A program made the position numbers and the translations under genes. The notes below the pieces were generated by a model. It was not told the DNA's origin, did no database searches, and saw only the letters and a program-made list of their open reading frames with translations. A stretch of DNA of 64,000 nt, from NCBI GenBank assembly GCA_963693365.1, contig CAVNZM010000002.1, forward strand, positions 14,479,615 to 14,543,614, read 5' to 3'. This stretch comes from Amoebidium appalachense. Its lineage: Eukaryota; Protista; Ichthyosporea. Shown one piece after another: positions 63,920 through 64,000 of this stretch (within the stretch, counting starts at the first letter, position 1; the number at the start of each line of letters is the position of its first letter).

Positions 63920-64000
63920 TTTCAGAGTGATTTTTCCGGTTTTTTTGCCCCCTGTTTTCTTCTTTTTTACCGGGACCCCCGGGGGGAGGGGGGGGGTCGT

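Overview
Eukaryotic, very intron-rich genomic DNA. The gene set (velvet, class IIa-type HDAC, FAM114) suggests a unicellular opisthokont, possibly an ichthyosporean-like holozoan; this is inference only. Six spliced genes were reconstructed by hand with phase-consistent GT-AG junctions. (1) First exon of an RRP7-like gene (-). (2) FAM114A-like gene (+, 12 exons). (3) Velvet-domain transcription factor (-, at least 9 exons). (4) Stand-alone EMAPII/Arc1p-like tRNA-binding protein with a presequence-like N-terminus (-, 7 exons). (5) 4-TM voltage-sensor-like protein (+, 3 exons). (6) Large class IIa-type histone deacetylase fused to a Tudor/chromo-barrel domain (+, about 25 exons). Between FAM114 and velvet lie three non-LTR retrotransposon insertions: two tail-to-tail copies of one family and a nested fragment of a divergent family; two of the three have visible TSDs. 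Introns, but not promoters or intergenic DNA, are saturated with poly(C)/poly(G) and (CA)n/(GT)n tracts. Many 3' splice sites are preceded directly by (CA)n instead of a polypyrimidine tract, and a family of short poly(C)-bounded cassettes occurs only in the sense orientation of host introns. Most ORFs in the supplied track are microsatellite artefacts.
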